This document shows, piece by piece, positions 25,796-38,072 of a DNA stretch of 64,000 nucleotides; the first letter of the stretch is position 1; each line of letters opens with the position of its first letter. Where the stretch lies: positions 37,820,001 through 37,884,000 of the forward strand of contig NC_042998.1 in NCBI RefSeq assembly GCF_006345805.1, in the 5' to 3' direction. The translations under genes and the position numbers were made by a program. This DNA comes from Octopus sinensis. Lineage: Eukaryota. The notes below the pieces were generated by a model. The model saw only the letters and a program-made list of their open reading frames with translations. It had not been told where the DNA came from and did not search any database.

Positions 25796-25966
25796 CATAT
25801 ATACGATGGACTTCTTTCAGTTTCCGTCTACCAAATCCACTCACAAGGCTTTGGTCGGCCCGAGACTATAGTAGAAGACACTTGCCCAAGGTTCCACGCA
25901 GTGGGACTGAACCCGGAACTATGTGGTTGGTAAACAAGCTACTTACCACACAGCCACTCCTGCGCC
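25539..25966 (-). mobile_element. SINE family A, full length
   Basis: Complete tail-to-head match. Confidence 0.92.
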
Positions 25967-25979
25967 TATATGTATATAT

Positions 25980-26179
25980 TTTATTTACTTGTTTCAGTCA
26001 TTTGACTGCAGCCATGCTGGAGCACCGCCTTTAGTCGAGCATTTTGACTCCAGCACTTCTCTGTAAGCCTAGTACTTATTCTATTGGTATCTTTTGCAGA
26101 ACCGCTAAGTTACGGGGGGGGGGGCGTAAACACACCAGCATCGGTTGTCAAGCAATGTTGGGTGGGAGACAAACACAGG

Positions 26180-26210
<31 letters not shown>

Positions 26211-26338
26211 GTGTGACAAGCTTCTTTGGTCGGCCCGTGGTTATAGAAGACACTTGCCTAAGGTGCCACGCAGTAGGACTGAACCCGGAACCATGTGGTT
26301 GGTAAGTAAGCTACTTACCATACAGCCAGTCCTGCGCC
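25980..26338 (-). mobile_element. SINE family A, immediately tandem to the previous copy
   Basis: Matches family A with a small deletion near the microsatellite. Confidence 0.9.
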
Positions 26339-26711
26339 TATATATATATATATATATATATGATATAATACAGAGAGAAGAGCAGAGACAGTCAGACAGA
26401 TAGAGGGAGAGATAGACATAGAGAGAGGGGGGATTGATAGCTAGATACATACATGCATAAAAACATACATATAATATGTGTGCGTATGTATGTGTGTGTG
26501 TGTACTTGTGTTTGTCCATTTATTGCTTGGTAACCTATGCTGGTTTATTTACTTCCCGTCGCTAACTGCTTTGGCAAATGCAGCCGATAGAATAGTTACA
26601 TGAAGTAAGATGAGAGTGGGGTCCATTTCTTCAACGAGCCCGATAAGGCGGTGCTCCAGCGCGGCTAATGTCCAATGAATGCAAAAAAAAAAGTGCGTAC
26701 ACGTATGTGTG

Positions 26712-26747
<36 letters not shown>

Positions 26748-27073
26748 GTGTAAGGGATTGGAGGATGTGAGGATGTTGCAGAACATGGCAGAGCAGAACT
26801 TGAAGAGTTACTTTCTGTTCGCTCGACGTCTCCTCATTCGATCCGAAAAGCTCAAGTTCAAATTGATTAAACCCTAAATGATGTTGGCAGAGATCACTGC
26901 GTAAATTGATAAGTACACACACACACACACATACATATATGTATGTAGGTAGGTAGGTAGGTATATACGTAGGTAGGTAGCCGTATGTATCGTGTGTGTC
27001 TGTGTGTACTTATCGTTTAATGCAGTGGTTGCTGTGCATGTATGTATAAATTTATATATATATATTTATATAT

Positions 27074-27467
27074 GCGCAGGAGTGGCTGTGTGGTAAAGCT
27101 TGCTAACCAGCCACATGGTTCCGGGTTCAGTCCCACTGCGTGGCATCTTGGGCAAGTGTCTTCTGCTATAGCCCCGGGCCGACCAATGCCTTGTGAGTGG
27201 ATTTGGTAGACGGAAACTGAAAGAAGCCTGTCGTATATATGTAAATATATATATGTATGTGTGTGCGTCTGTGTTTGTCCCCCTAGCATTCCTTGACAAC
27301 CGATGCTGGTGTGTTTACGCCCCCGTCAACTAGCGGTTCAGCAAAAGAGACCGATAGAATAAGTACTGGGCTTACAAAGAATAAGTCCCGGGGTCGATTT
27401 GCTCGACTAAAGGCGGTGCTCTAGCAAGCCGCAGTCAAATAACTGAAACAAGTAAAAGAGTAAAGAG
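27074..27467 (+). mobile_element. SINE family A, full length
   Basis: GCGCAGGAGTGGCTGTGTGG head through to the GTAAAAGAG tail. Confidence 0.92.
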
Positions 27468-27509
<42 letters not shown>

Positions 27510-27825
27510 CTACACACACATACACAATATATATATATATATATATAGATATATACACACACACACACACATGTGCCTATGTGACTTTATATTTCAATCC
27601 TATTCAAACATTACACTGTTGTGTTTCCCAAACTCTTTACACCAATCCATTCCTCCCCAACCAATCGCTTTGTACCTGACGTGTGTTTCCGCTCCACCAT
27701 TGGGGTTGGTAGACTTTATTTACCGTTCATATATTCAAGTATTCCTCACTTTCTCTCCTTTTCTTACTATTTTCTCTCTCTCTCTCTCTGTTTCTTTCTT
27801 TCTGCCTGTCACTTTTTCTCTCGGC

Positions 27826-28389
27826 CTATCTATCTATCTATCTATCTATCTATCTCTACCTACCTACCTACCTACCTATCTATCTATCTATCTCTACCTA
27901 CCTACCTATCTATCTATCTCTACCTACCTATCTATCTATCTATCTATACCTACCTACCTACCTATCTCTACCTACCTATCTATCTATCTATCTATACCTA
28001 CCTACCTATCTATCTATCTATCTCTACCTACCTATCTATGTATCTATCTATCTCTACCTACCTACCTATCTATCTATCTATCTCTACCTACCTACCTACC
28101 TATCTATCTATCTCTACCTACCTATCTATCTATCTATCTATACCTACCTATCTATCTATCTATCTATCTATCTCTACCTACCTACCTACCTATCTATCTA
28201 TCTCTACCTACCTATCTATCTCTACCTACCTATCTATCTATACCTAATTTGTTCTATCTGTGTGCAGCCCTGTGTGGCTAATAAAGAAACATATCTCTAC
28301 CTACCTATCTATCTCTACCTACCTACCTATCTATCTATCTATCTCTACCTACCTACGTATCTATCTATCTATCTATCTACCTACCTACC

Positions 28390-28423
<34 letters not shown>

Positions 28424-28428
28424 CTACC

Positions 28429-28480
<52 letters not shown>
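27826..28480. repeat. Compound (TCTA)n/(CCTA)n/(TC)n microsatellite with ~30-bp higher-order periodicity
   Basis: Recurring TCTCTACCTACCTACCTATCTATCTATCTA units. This tract is the source of the 236/208/157-aa pseudo-ORFs. Confidence 0.95.
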
Positions 28481-28483
<3 letters not shown>

Positions 28484-28835
28484 GTGTCTGTCTGGCTATT
28501 ATTGCTGTCTTGTCATTTTGTCATTTCTTTCCTTTGCTATCTTTTCACTTTTATTCTCTTCTTCCATCTTTCCGTCTTTCACTTTAGCTTTGTCCTGGCC
28601 ACCCTCATTCTCTCCCCCCCCTCTTTTTAACGTTACATTCACCCCCCTTTCCCTCTCTCGCTCTCTCCCTCTATCTATCTATCTTTCTATCTATGTTATA
28701 TCTCCATCTCTTGCCCTTATGCAATCTGTTTAATTGCTTAGCTTTTTATTCATTCGCTCATTCCTTCCTTTTCGTCTCCTCATCCTTCTTCCCATTCTTC
28801 CACTATTTCTTTCTGTCTATCTACCATTCCGTCCA

Positions 28836-28879
<44 letters not shown>

Positions 28880-29070
28880 CTCGGTTCCTCTCTTAATTTT
28901 TAAATCGCTTTTTCTTTTGGTTCGTCACAAAAAAATCTAATTCTTTCTCTCACTCATTTTATGCCTTTTCCTTCTATATTCTTCTTCTTGTCACCCTGGG
29001 ATATCTATTTTTCTTTTCACTGTCCCAATTTCTCTCTCTCCTTCCCCCTCACTCTATGCATATAGACAAA

Positions 29071-29397
29071 GGCGCACGAGAAGCTGTGTGGTAACTTGCA
29101 TACCAACCACATGGTTCCGGGTTCAGTCCCACTGCGTAGCACTTTGGGCAATCTTGGGCCGACCAAAGCCTTGAGAGTGTATTTGGTAGATGGAACTGAA
29201 AGAAGCCCGTCGTATATATATGTATGTATTTGACGACCAATACTGGTGTGTTTACGTCCCCGTAACCAAGCGGTTTAGCAAAAGAGACCGATAGAATACG
29301 TACTAGGTTTACAAAGAATAAGTCCCGGAGTGGATTTGCTCGACTAAAGGCGGTGCTCCAGCATGGCCGCAGTCAAATGACTGGAACAAATAAAAGA

Positions 29398-29399
<2 letters not shown>
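29071..29399 (+). mobile_element. SINE family A
   Basis: Head-to-tail match with small deletions. Confidence 0.88.
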
Positions 29400-29428
<29 letters not shown>

Positions 29429-29788
29429 AGGGTTTCAACTGGAAACCTCCTTTGCGTTCTATTTTATACCTACGCCCCACATTGAACCAGCTTTGAGTCG
29501 GATCTACGGTTTAAATTGAATTTGATTCTAACGTATCTAGAGTATCCTATCAACACATGGTACCTTCTTGGGGGGTTGTTTTGTCTATTTTTTTTTTTTT
29601 GCCTCAGTGTTAACCCTATGCTATTGTACTTAGCCATTTCTGGCGTCCTACACGTCAATGATCCTAGATTCTACTGAAACTCATAACTAATGAGTGTGTA
29701 TGTGTGTGTGTGTACCCCTATATGCATGTATATATACATATATATGTAGGTACGTACATATATGTAAGTGTGTGCATGTATATATATA

Positions 29789-29823
<35 letters not shown>

Positions 29824-30177
29824 AAGGAGAAAGAGAGGTCGTAGAGAGAGGGAGGGAGGGAGGGAAGGAGAGAGAGAAAGAAATTGGGACAGTGAAAAGA
29901 ATGAAATATATATTTATGTAAATAGATATATGACTATATATATATACTTGTATATAAATAAAAATGTGTATATATGTATATTTCTTTATATATGTATATA
30001 TTATTTATATATATAAATATCTATACAAGTATATATATATAAATATATATACATGTGTATATATATATATAAATATATATACATGTATATATATATATTT
30101 GTTTTTATTTATATATATTCATGTATATATAAATATATATATATGTATATATATATATTCGTATATCTATATCTATA

Positions 30178-30530
30178 TTCTTTTGTTTCAGTCATTAAAC
30201 CGCGGCCATGCTGGAGCACCGCCTTTAGTCGAACACATCGATCCCAGTAATTATTCTTTGTAAGCCTAGTACTTATCCTATCGTTCTCTTTTGCCGAACC
30301 GCTATGTTGTGGGAACAAACACACCAACATCGGTTGTCAAGCGTTGGCGGTAGGGGGGGACAAACTCAAACACACACATAAATATATACAAAGGGCTTCT
30401 TCACAAAGGGCTTCTTATGTCGGCCCGAGGCTATAGTAGAAGACACTTGCCCAAGGTGCCACGCAGTGGAACTGAACCCAGAACCGTGTGGCTGGTAAGC
30501 AGGCTACCTACAGCACAGCCAAACAGCGCC
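30178..30530 (-). mobile_element. SINE family A
   Basis: Tail-to-head match. Confidence 0.88.
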
Positions 30531-31092
30531 TATCATATATATAATGTGTATATGTATATCTTTATATATATATATGCGTGTGCGCATATATGTGTGTCAG
30601 TATATCTATATATGCGTGTATGTGCGTATATATATGTGTGTATACTACATATGAGCGCGTGCGCTTTACCTTGTTTACAACACCCAGCCCACTCAGTTTT
30701 CCTCTCCCTCCTCTTCTCTGCAATCATTTCTACCCCTCCCCCTTCTTCACATCAAACTCCCTCCCACTTCTCCCCACTCACTATTAAACACTTATCTCTA
30801 TTTCTCTTTCTTCTACATCTTCCTCTTCTAATAAAAAATATTTCCAGACACCTCACTATCTTTTTCCCTTCACCTATTTTTTTGCTCCTATCCATTTTTT
30901 CTTTTTTTTTTCTCCGTCTCTCTTTCTCTCAATCTCCTTTTTTCTCTCCCTCTCTTTCTCTTTATCCTTATTTCTTCTCCGTTTTCTTATCTTCTTATCC
31001 TATCATTTTCCATTAAATTTCTTTCGCTCACTCAATTCCTCTATGTTTCTTCTCTATCTCCCCTGTTTTTTCGTATTCTTTTATCATTATTA

Positions 31093-31136
<44 letters not shown>

Positions 31137-32047
31137 TTCCTCTTTCATTTATACTCCGTAGCACCCATCTCTCTCTCTGAATCTACTCCATAAAAATAAT
31201 TTTAATTTTGCATCTCTGTTCTACACATTTTTTTCTTCAGACCAATAATTCTTCAAATCCACTCTATCTGTATATATATATACTCTTCACTCGATTTATC
31301 TCGCCATCTATCCATCAACCCAGCAAAATATCCTATCCCTCCATCCATCCGTCAATCTATCCATCCATCCATCTTTCCAGCCGTACACCCAGCCATCAAT
31401 AAGTTCTTATATTTGTCTAATCATGCATCTACCTACGTACCTACCTATCTATCTACCTTCCTATTTAACAATTTCCAAAGAAGGGTGTTCGTATGACAGT
31501 TTACTCGAATGTAACTAAAACAAGTCAATTAACACTCAACAATCTCGAAAAACAAAATAAAAGGAAACAAAAGAGGAAATAAAAAGAATTATACTCGTCA
31601 GAGAATATAATCATGGATAATGCGTGATGGTTACGGCCGGAACGCCTTTGGTAATAAGTTTTTGTTCAACAAGAGCTGATTTGGGTTAAACAATACACGA
31701 CGCAAACATATTTCATCTCTTTCTTTCTCTCTCTCTCTCTCTAATCATCATTCCATTCTCCCCCCCCCACGCTCCCTCCTCTTTTATATCTCTCTAAATG
31801 TCTTTCCCCTCACCCCACCCTTCTCGCTCCCCCTCCCCGGCTGCTCCTCAATAGTTCTTTATCTCTCACTTCTCTACTTTCACATTCTGTTATTTATCTA
31901 CAGCTGTGTCCATCACTCATTCAGCTTATCAATCAATGTGGATGGCGACAGGCTTTCTATCTGTCCCACAAATTCATTCATTCCTCTCTCTCCATATCTT
32001 TCCTTTTCAACCTCTATCTCTCTGCACCAGTTGCATGTACACAAGCG

Positions 32048-32078
<31 letters not shown>

Positions 32079-32329
32079 ATACACACACACGTACTCTTAC
32101 ACTCACCTAGAGAAACAGAAAAACACACACACACCTCAAAAACAAAAAATCATAAATCCACGTATATTGGATACGACAGACCTTCATTAACGCAGTCCAG
32201 CTGATAACCCGGAGTCTCACGTTCCCGTTTTTCCACTGCTGTTGGAATAACCGGAGACGACCACAAATCCAGTTTATGGTTTCAAAGTAAAAGCCATCTG
32301 AATAAAGCATTTTATAGAAACATCTACAT

Positions 32330-32500
32330 GGAGTGGCTGTGTGGTAAGTAGATTGCTTACCAACCACATGGTTCCGGGTTCAGTCCCACTGCGTGGCACC
32401 TTGGGCAAGTGTCTTCTACTACAGCCTCGGGCCGACCAAAGCCTTGTGAGTTGATTTGGTAGACGGCAACTGAAAGAAGCCCGTCGTATATATATGTATG

Positions 32501-32570
<70 letters not shown>

Positions 32571-32645
32571 TGTGTCCCCCCCCGACATCGATTGACAACC
32601 GATGCTGGTGTGTTTACGTCCCCGTAACATAGCGGTTCGGCAATA
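32330..32645 (+). mobile_element. SINE family A, 3'-truncated, abutting a SINE C fragment (~32660-32760)
   Basis: The family A match ends at GCGGTTCGGCAA and is followed by GGTTTCGATTC..CCTGAGCAAG..CACGTTGCTCCAGTCCA. Confidence 0.85.
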
Positions 32646-32847
32646 GAGGCTCACAATAGCAAGACTGTGGTTTCGATTCAGAAACCAGCTGTGCGCTGCG
32701 TTCCTGAGCAAGGGACTTCACTTCACGTTGCTCCAGTCCATCCCACTGTCAATGGGTAACACTGCGGGGGAACAGTCCCCTGAGCAGGGGAGAAGGATGG
32801 CCTGCCCCCTAGCCAGCGAGGTACCATCATTCGAGATCTAAAACAAA

Positions 32848-33075
32848 GGCGGCGAGCTGGCAGAAACGTTAGCACGCCGGGCGAAATGCGTAGCCGTATT
32901 TCGTCTGTCAATACGTTCCGAGTTCAAATTCCGCCGAGGTCGACTTTGCCTTTCATCTTTTCGGGGTCGATAAATTAAGTATCACTTACGCACTGGGGTC
33001 GATGTAATCGACTTAATCCCTTTGTCCTTGTTTGTCCCCTCTGTGTTTAGCCCCTTGTGGGTAGTAAAGAAATAG
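32848..33075 (+). mobile_element. SINE family B, full length
   Basis: Head GGCGGCGAGCTGGCAGAAACGTTAG with B-box GAGTTCAAATTC. Central GTCGACTTTGCCTTTCATC..CGGGGTCGATAAATTAAGTA resembles the Meta/MESC-type SINE domain (recalled). Tail TGTGGGTAGTAAAGAAATAG. Confidence 0.9.
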
Positions 33076-33186
33076 ATATCTAAAACAATGCGAGGAAGCG
33101 CATGGTGACCAGCGGTGTATAGCAATATCCGGTAGTCTGGAAAATGAAGTGAAACACACACACACACACACACACCTATATAAATA

Positions 33187-33605
33187 GGCGCAGGAGTGGT
33201 TATGTGGTAAGTAGCTTGCTTCTCAACCATAGGGTTCCCGGTTCAGTCCCACTTGGGCAAGTGTCTTCTACTATAGCCTTGTGAGTGGATTTGTTGGACG
33301 TTAACTGAAAGAAGCCCGCCGTATTTATGTATCCAAATAAAGGTTACAGACCTCATTAAGGGATATCAAAATCCTGTATATCATATATATATTATATATG
33401 TGTGTGTGTGTGTGTTGTGTATTTGTGTGCCTGTGTTTGTCCCCCTCCTCATTGCTTGACAACTAATGTCGGTGTGTTTAAGTCCCTGTAACTTAGCGGT
33501 TCGGCAAATAAGTACCACGCTTACAAAGAATAAGTTATGAGGTCCATTTGTTCGACTAAAGGCAGTGCTCCAGCATGGCCGCAGTCAAATGACTGAAGCA
33601 AAGAA
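33187..33605 (+). mobile_element. SINE family A with an insertion in its central microsatellite
   Basis: Head and tail match family A, with ~50 bp of foreign sequence at ~33333-33383. Confidence 0.85.
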
Positions 33606-34097
33606 CGTATATATATATATATATATGAGATGTAATACACACACACACACACACACACATACTGATAGATTTTAAATGCAAATTATATCAGGCATTTACA
33701 AGTACTAATGTGGGACAAGAAGACGATAGACTTTCCCATTGCATGGGAGGGTCATGTTGAAAGACTTCACAGGAAAAGTTTGGCTGAATCCGGTTACATA
33801 TATACAATACATGTATGTATGTATGTATGTATGCACGAATGACTGATTGGACGAATATATGTCTGTAGTTTAGTATGTATGCTTGCGTACCTAGGTATGG
33901 AAATGTATCACATTTGTATTAATTTTTTCCAAGTTGTTCTTTTATTTGTCCATCGATGTACTCATTACTGTATGTATGTTTGTAGGTAGGTATGCTTGTG
34001 CGTATGTATGTTCGTATGCAACTACCTATAAAATTGTAAATCTACGCATCTATCCCTCTATCTATTCACCCATGTATAAATATATGCATCAATTTAA

Positions 34098-34137
<40 letters not shown>

Positions 34138-34431
34138 GTATATATATATGTTCATGCATATATATATATATATATATATATGTATGTTTGTATATATATC
34201 TATATACATATAGATATATATGTTTGTGTATATATATATCTATATACATATAGATACACTTTATTTAAAAGCAGCAGAAAATTCAACAAAACCAGTTACT
34301 CTGAGTTTCACGTTCCCGCTTTTAAATAAAGCATATTACTCTACCCCTGGTATTTGAGTACTCTTTTTTCCACCTTGTTTCACATTTATGTGTTTACACC
34401 GGTACATATACATATATATGTTTGCGTGTAT

Positions 34432-34478
<47 letters not shown>

Positions 34479-35143
34479 TTGTGTATATATATATACACTT
34501 TTTTTTGAAGACGTATATATTGTCTTCCATATGTGTCTCTTTCCTCTTTCTTTCATTCTCTCTCTCTCTCCCTCCCTCCCATACACACACATCTCTTTTC
34601 CCTTTCTGCGTTAATCTCTCCTTCTCATTGATAATACACTACAATGACAGACAATGGAAGATATTGACAGCCACACACTTAAGTATCTCAACGTCGCTGT
34701 TTTATTCCTCCTTTTTTTTTTATTTTTTACTAATTTTATTATCTGTTAAAACTTTGTTCTGTCATGGATTTTCTCCAACAGGTGTTTTCTTATTTATAGC
34801 TACACACCACTTTCGGCTACATTAGAAGATACATGTGTGTGCATGCATGCATGCATGTACGCAAACACACACACACACACATGTTGCACGCACAACGAAT
34901 ATACGTACAAACGTCCATATACGAACAGAAACGCATAAATACAATCTTGTCTTCGTCTCACAGGTACATTTGTGTACACACACACACAAACACTCTCTCA
35001 CGCAAATATCTTTATTTACACACACAAATGTACACATATCACATACAGAAAATTATATACACACATACCTTCATAGATACATTCATTCTTACCATATATG
35101 CATAACACATCCATATGTGTCTGTATAACAGAGAGAGAGAGAA

Positions 35144-35183
<40 letters not shown>

Positions 35184-35227
35184 AGAGAGAGAGACTGACA
35201 GACAGAGACAGTCAGACATACCGAGAG

Positions 35228-35268
<41 letters not shown>

Positions 35269-35269
35269 G

Positions 35270-35452
35270 TTCAGCAAAGATTTAGATTCAGATGAACATG
35301 GTACTTAAGTTAAAGGTACCAGCATTTTGTATGGTATTATCCATATAAATCAAATGGGGTGATTATAATGAACATAAGCAACAATAAAATGAAGTAGCAT
35401 GAAGCAATTGTACTACTCTACTTTGGATATCCTTGTTACTTATTTTGATTTC

Positions 35453-35483
<31 letters not shown>

Positions 35484-35990
35484 AAAGCAATTAAGATTCA
35501 AGTCAATTCTAATGAATTCACTTGAATATGGTACTTAACTTAGATGCACCAGAAAACTATATGGTGTTAACCAATACAGTAGTGTGGGGTGATTATAAAC
35601 GAGAAAAGAAGCAACAAGAATGGATTAGTTTTTAGTACAATTGTTTCATACAAAGACAGGCTTTATTAAAAGTTGCAAATATTGCAGCAGATAAAAGTGT
35701 CCCGTACTCATCAGCTAAAATACATATGAGTTCTCTAAACATCTTAGTGGGTGAGGCTACACTCATGAAGTATTGGAGATAATTTCATTAAAAGCAGATT
35801 CAGGTTGTAAACAGACTTCCAAAGTTCTTTAATGATGATGCACAGTCTTATCACAGGTTTTAAAAAAGCTTATTAGTTTCACAGAGAAGTTTAATCCATC
35901 CATAGTGTAGGTGTAAATTTCCAGAGATATGAGGAGGTATTTCATACTCACAGACGATGAATTTATCCATGGTTAATCCACAATGAGGTG

Positions 35991-35992
<2 letters not shown>
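35270..35992 (-). mobile_element. Penelope-like pLTR remnants (two tandem pieces plus an inverted piece) carrying a hammerhead motif
   Basis: 35280-35395 and 35513-35630 are diverged direct repeats. 35398-35452 is homologous to the reverse complement of 9676-9730. All pieces lie between (TA)n tracts. Confidence 0.6.
35630..35720 (-). ncRNA. Minimal type-I hammerhead ribozyme motif, canonical core
   Basis: Minus strand reads UUUUAG-CUGAUGA-GUACGGGACA...UGUCUUUGUAU-GAAA-C-AAUU-G-UA/CUAAAA. It has a 6-bp stem I, an invariant core, an extended stem II, a palindromic tetraloop stem III and a GUA cleavage triplet. Confidence 0.8.
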
Positions 35993-36044
<52 letters not shown>

Positions 36045-36257
36045 GTAGTCTGCAGAAGAGGCTCACTCAGTTTTTCGAAGAAACATGGTTGACAGACTAA
36101 GTGCAACATGCAAAATATGCCATGATATTTATTCTTACTCAAGAGTCACATGTTCATAGATTCAAGTCTTTGTGAGTTCAGCTTTACCAATCAAACTGGA
36201 ATAATTGACAAACTCTGCAAGGCAAGTGCTGCATCTGAACTGATAGTCCTATAGAAT

Positions 36258-36522
36258 GGTGTTTCTCAACTACTTCTTTGCTTTTATTTCATCTCTAGAT
36301 CTCCTTGGTTCTTATTTTGTTCTGATGGAGCCTCGAATGATGGAGCCATTCGATTTTTACAAGTCGTTTAATATTTTTTTAATATAAAACAAGTGTTGAA
36401 ATATTTTATGTAATACAGAAGCATAACTAGTTTATTGAACACAAATTTCACAAAATCGTACATAAAATGGACACTAAAGACCGTATGGACCCCGAGCGCC
36501 ATATGGACGCCATTTGAGAATT
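36258..36522. mobile_element. hAT-derived MITE, decayed
   Basis: GGTGTTTCTCAAC start, CGTATGGACCCC/CATATGGAC motifs and TTTGAGAA end. Confidence 0.55.
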
Positions 36523-37451
36523 AAATAAGAACGTCATCAATATTGCTTTGTGCATTATCAGCGTCATCAGCAACACTAACAATCCCAACGCAAACAACAT
36601 CACCACCGACTCTAAAAACTCCACCAATGCAGACAACAATCACGACATAACCAACTCCATGATTATCACCATTAACACAAAACAATATTCTCTTTTACTA
36701 CAAGCCAAAACGCACGTGTTCTTCACACAATAAAAGGTGTACGAGAAAATACAAGCGTGCAAACACAGTGGCTATGCTGCTTTTCAAAGTTGTCCTTGGT
36801 TACACCACCTTTAAAACTATCGACTTTTATCATCAACACCAAGCTATAACAATATTCCCAGATACATCATTATTCTTGTAATCACCCCCAGCACTAGCAT
36901 TACAATTTCTATCGTCAACATGAGCTACACCCATGGACACTTCAACACAGCGATATCATAGAACCACTCATATTTGGTGATGCCAAATGTCAATTAAGAC
37001 CAACAAGGTGGAGATCTTTGACATAACTGAAAGACAAGGCCAACCTGCAAGAAACTGCGACCAAATGTTCATAACACATTCTGCAATCTTTTAAAATTAA
37101 AACTAACTCAGTCCTAGATAGACTGAATTTGAATAAAGAGCTGGACTGCCTTAAGCCATTCGTGGTGCAGTAGATGAGCACTGACAGGAAGTAATCAACA
37201 ACGCGTCAGCAGTAGCGTGGCAGCCTAGACCGCGTGTGAGGAGGTTCCTTGTTCGATTCCCACCCAAGTTATTTCTGACCACACTGGTGTCGTTGAATTA
37301 GAAATTATGGTTGGAAATTGAATCCAAGACTGAATTCATTTTCCATTTCCTGATGGTGGATACGACAAAGAAATGCGTAAAAAATATCTCCTCGTACAAT
37401 AAAGACAATAAATGATCTTCTCTCTCTCTCTCTCTCGCCATATACATATAG

Positions 37452-37690
37452 AGTTGAGAAAGGAATAAATGATTATCTAATGATCATTAGCTTACAACTG
37501 TTTCTGCTAAAGGATGCACTGTACTCATACTCGACTCATAACACCTTATAGCTTCATCGGAGCCTTCAATACGAAGTGCAAATTAGATGTTATTCAGACA
37601 CTCAACTATGAGTCCACCGCATCTTATAGCAGAAACAGCTAGAAGCTAATGGAGTCCATAAGATAATCATTCTTTGTCATCCCTCTTTCT
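37452..37690. mobile_element. Penelope-like fold-back with a hammerhead-like motif (37490-37563, minus)
   Basis: Minus strand reads GCU-CCGAUGA-A-GCUAUAAGG...CCUUUAGC-A-GAAAC-AGUU-GUA/AGC. A partial inverted arm (..TAGCAGAAACAGCTAGAAGCTAATG..AGATAATCATT) lies on the plus strand. Confidence 0.6.
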
Positions 37691-37883
37691 TACCACCGCT
37701 CTAGACTCGTCTAACACTTCGTTCTTAAACATACATAGATTGAGTTCTGCACAAGATCATTAGTCTGGCAATACCTAAGTTACGAGGAATTAAACACACC
37801 AACACTGTCAAGCAATGGTGGGGGACAAAGAAAGACGCAAAGGCACACACACACGCACTAACACACACGTGCAAAAACTCTCA

Positions 37884-38072
37884 CTGGATTAGCTTTAAAG
37901 AAGATTTGGATATAAAAGGCAACCCCAGAATATCTGGATTAACCTTGAAAATCTGGATGTGAACGCAACCCCAATATATCTAGACTAACCTTAAAGAAGA
38001 TTTGGATATGAAAGGCAACCCCGAAATAGCTGGATTAACCTCAAGGAAGATATGAATGTGAAGGCTCAACCC
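37884..38072 (+). repeat. Minisatellite, about 4 units of 46-50 bp
   Basis: CTGGATTAACCTT.AAGAAGATTTGGAT.TGAAAGGCAACCCC.AAATAT repeated with divergence. Confidence 0.85.

Noticed and set aside
25732-26403. Recurrent peptides such as RLWSARGYSRRHLPKVPRSGTEPGTMWLV suggesting a gene family
   Set aside because: They are antisense translations of the SINE A head, found wherever the SINE occurs.
27571-28733. Long ORFs of 236, 208 and 157 aa
   Set aside because: They are translations of (TCTA)/(CCTA)/(TC) microsatellite (YLSI/LPTY repeats) with no protein signal.
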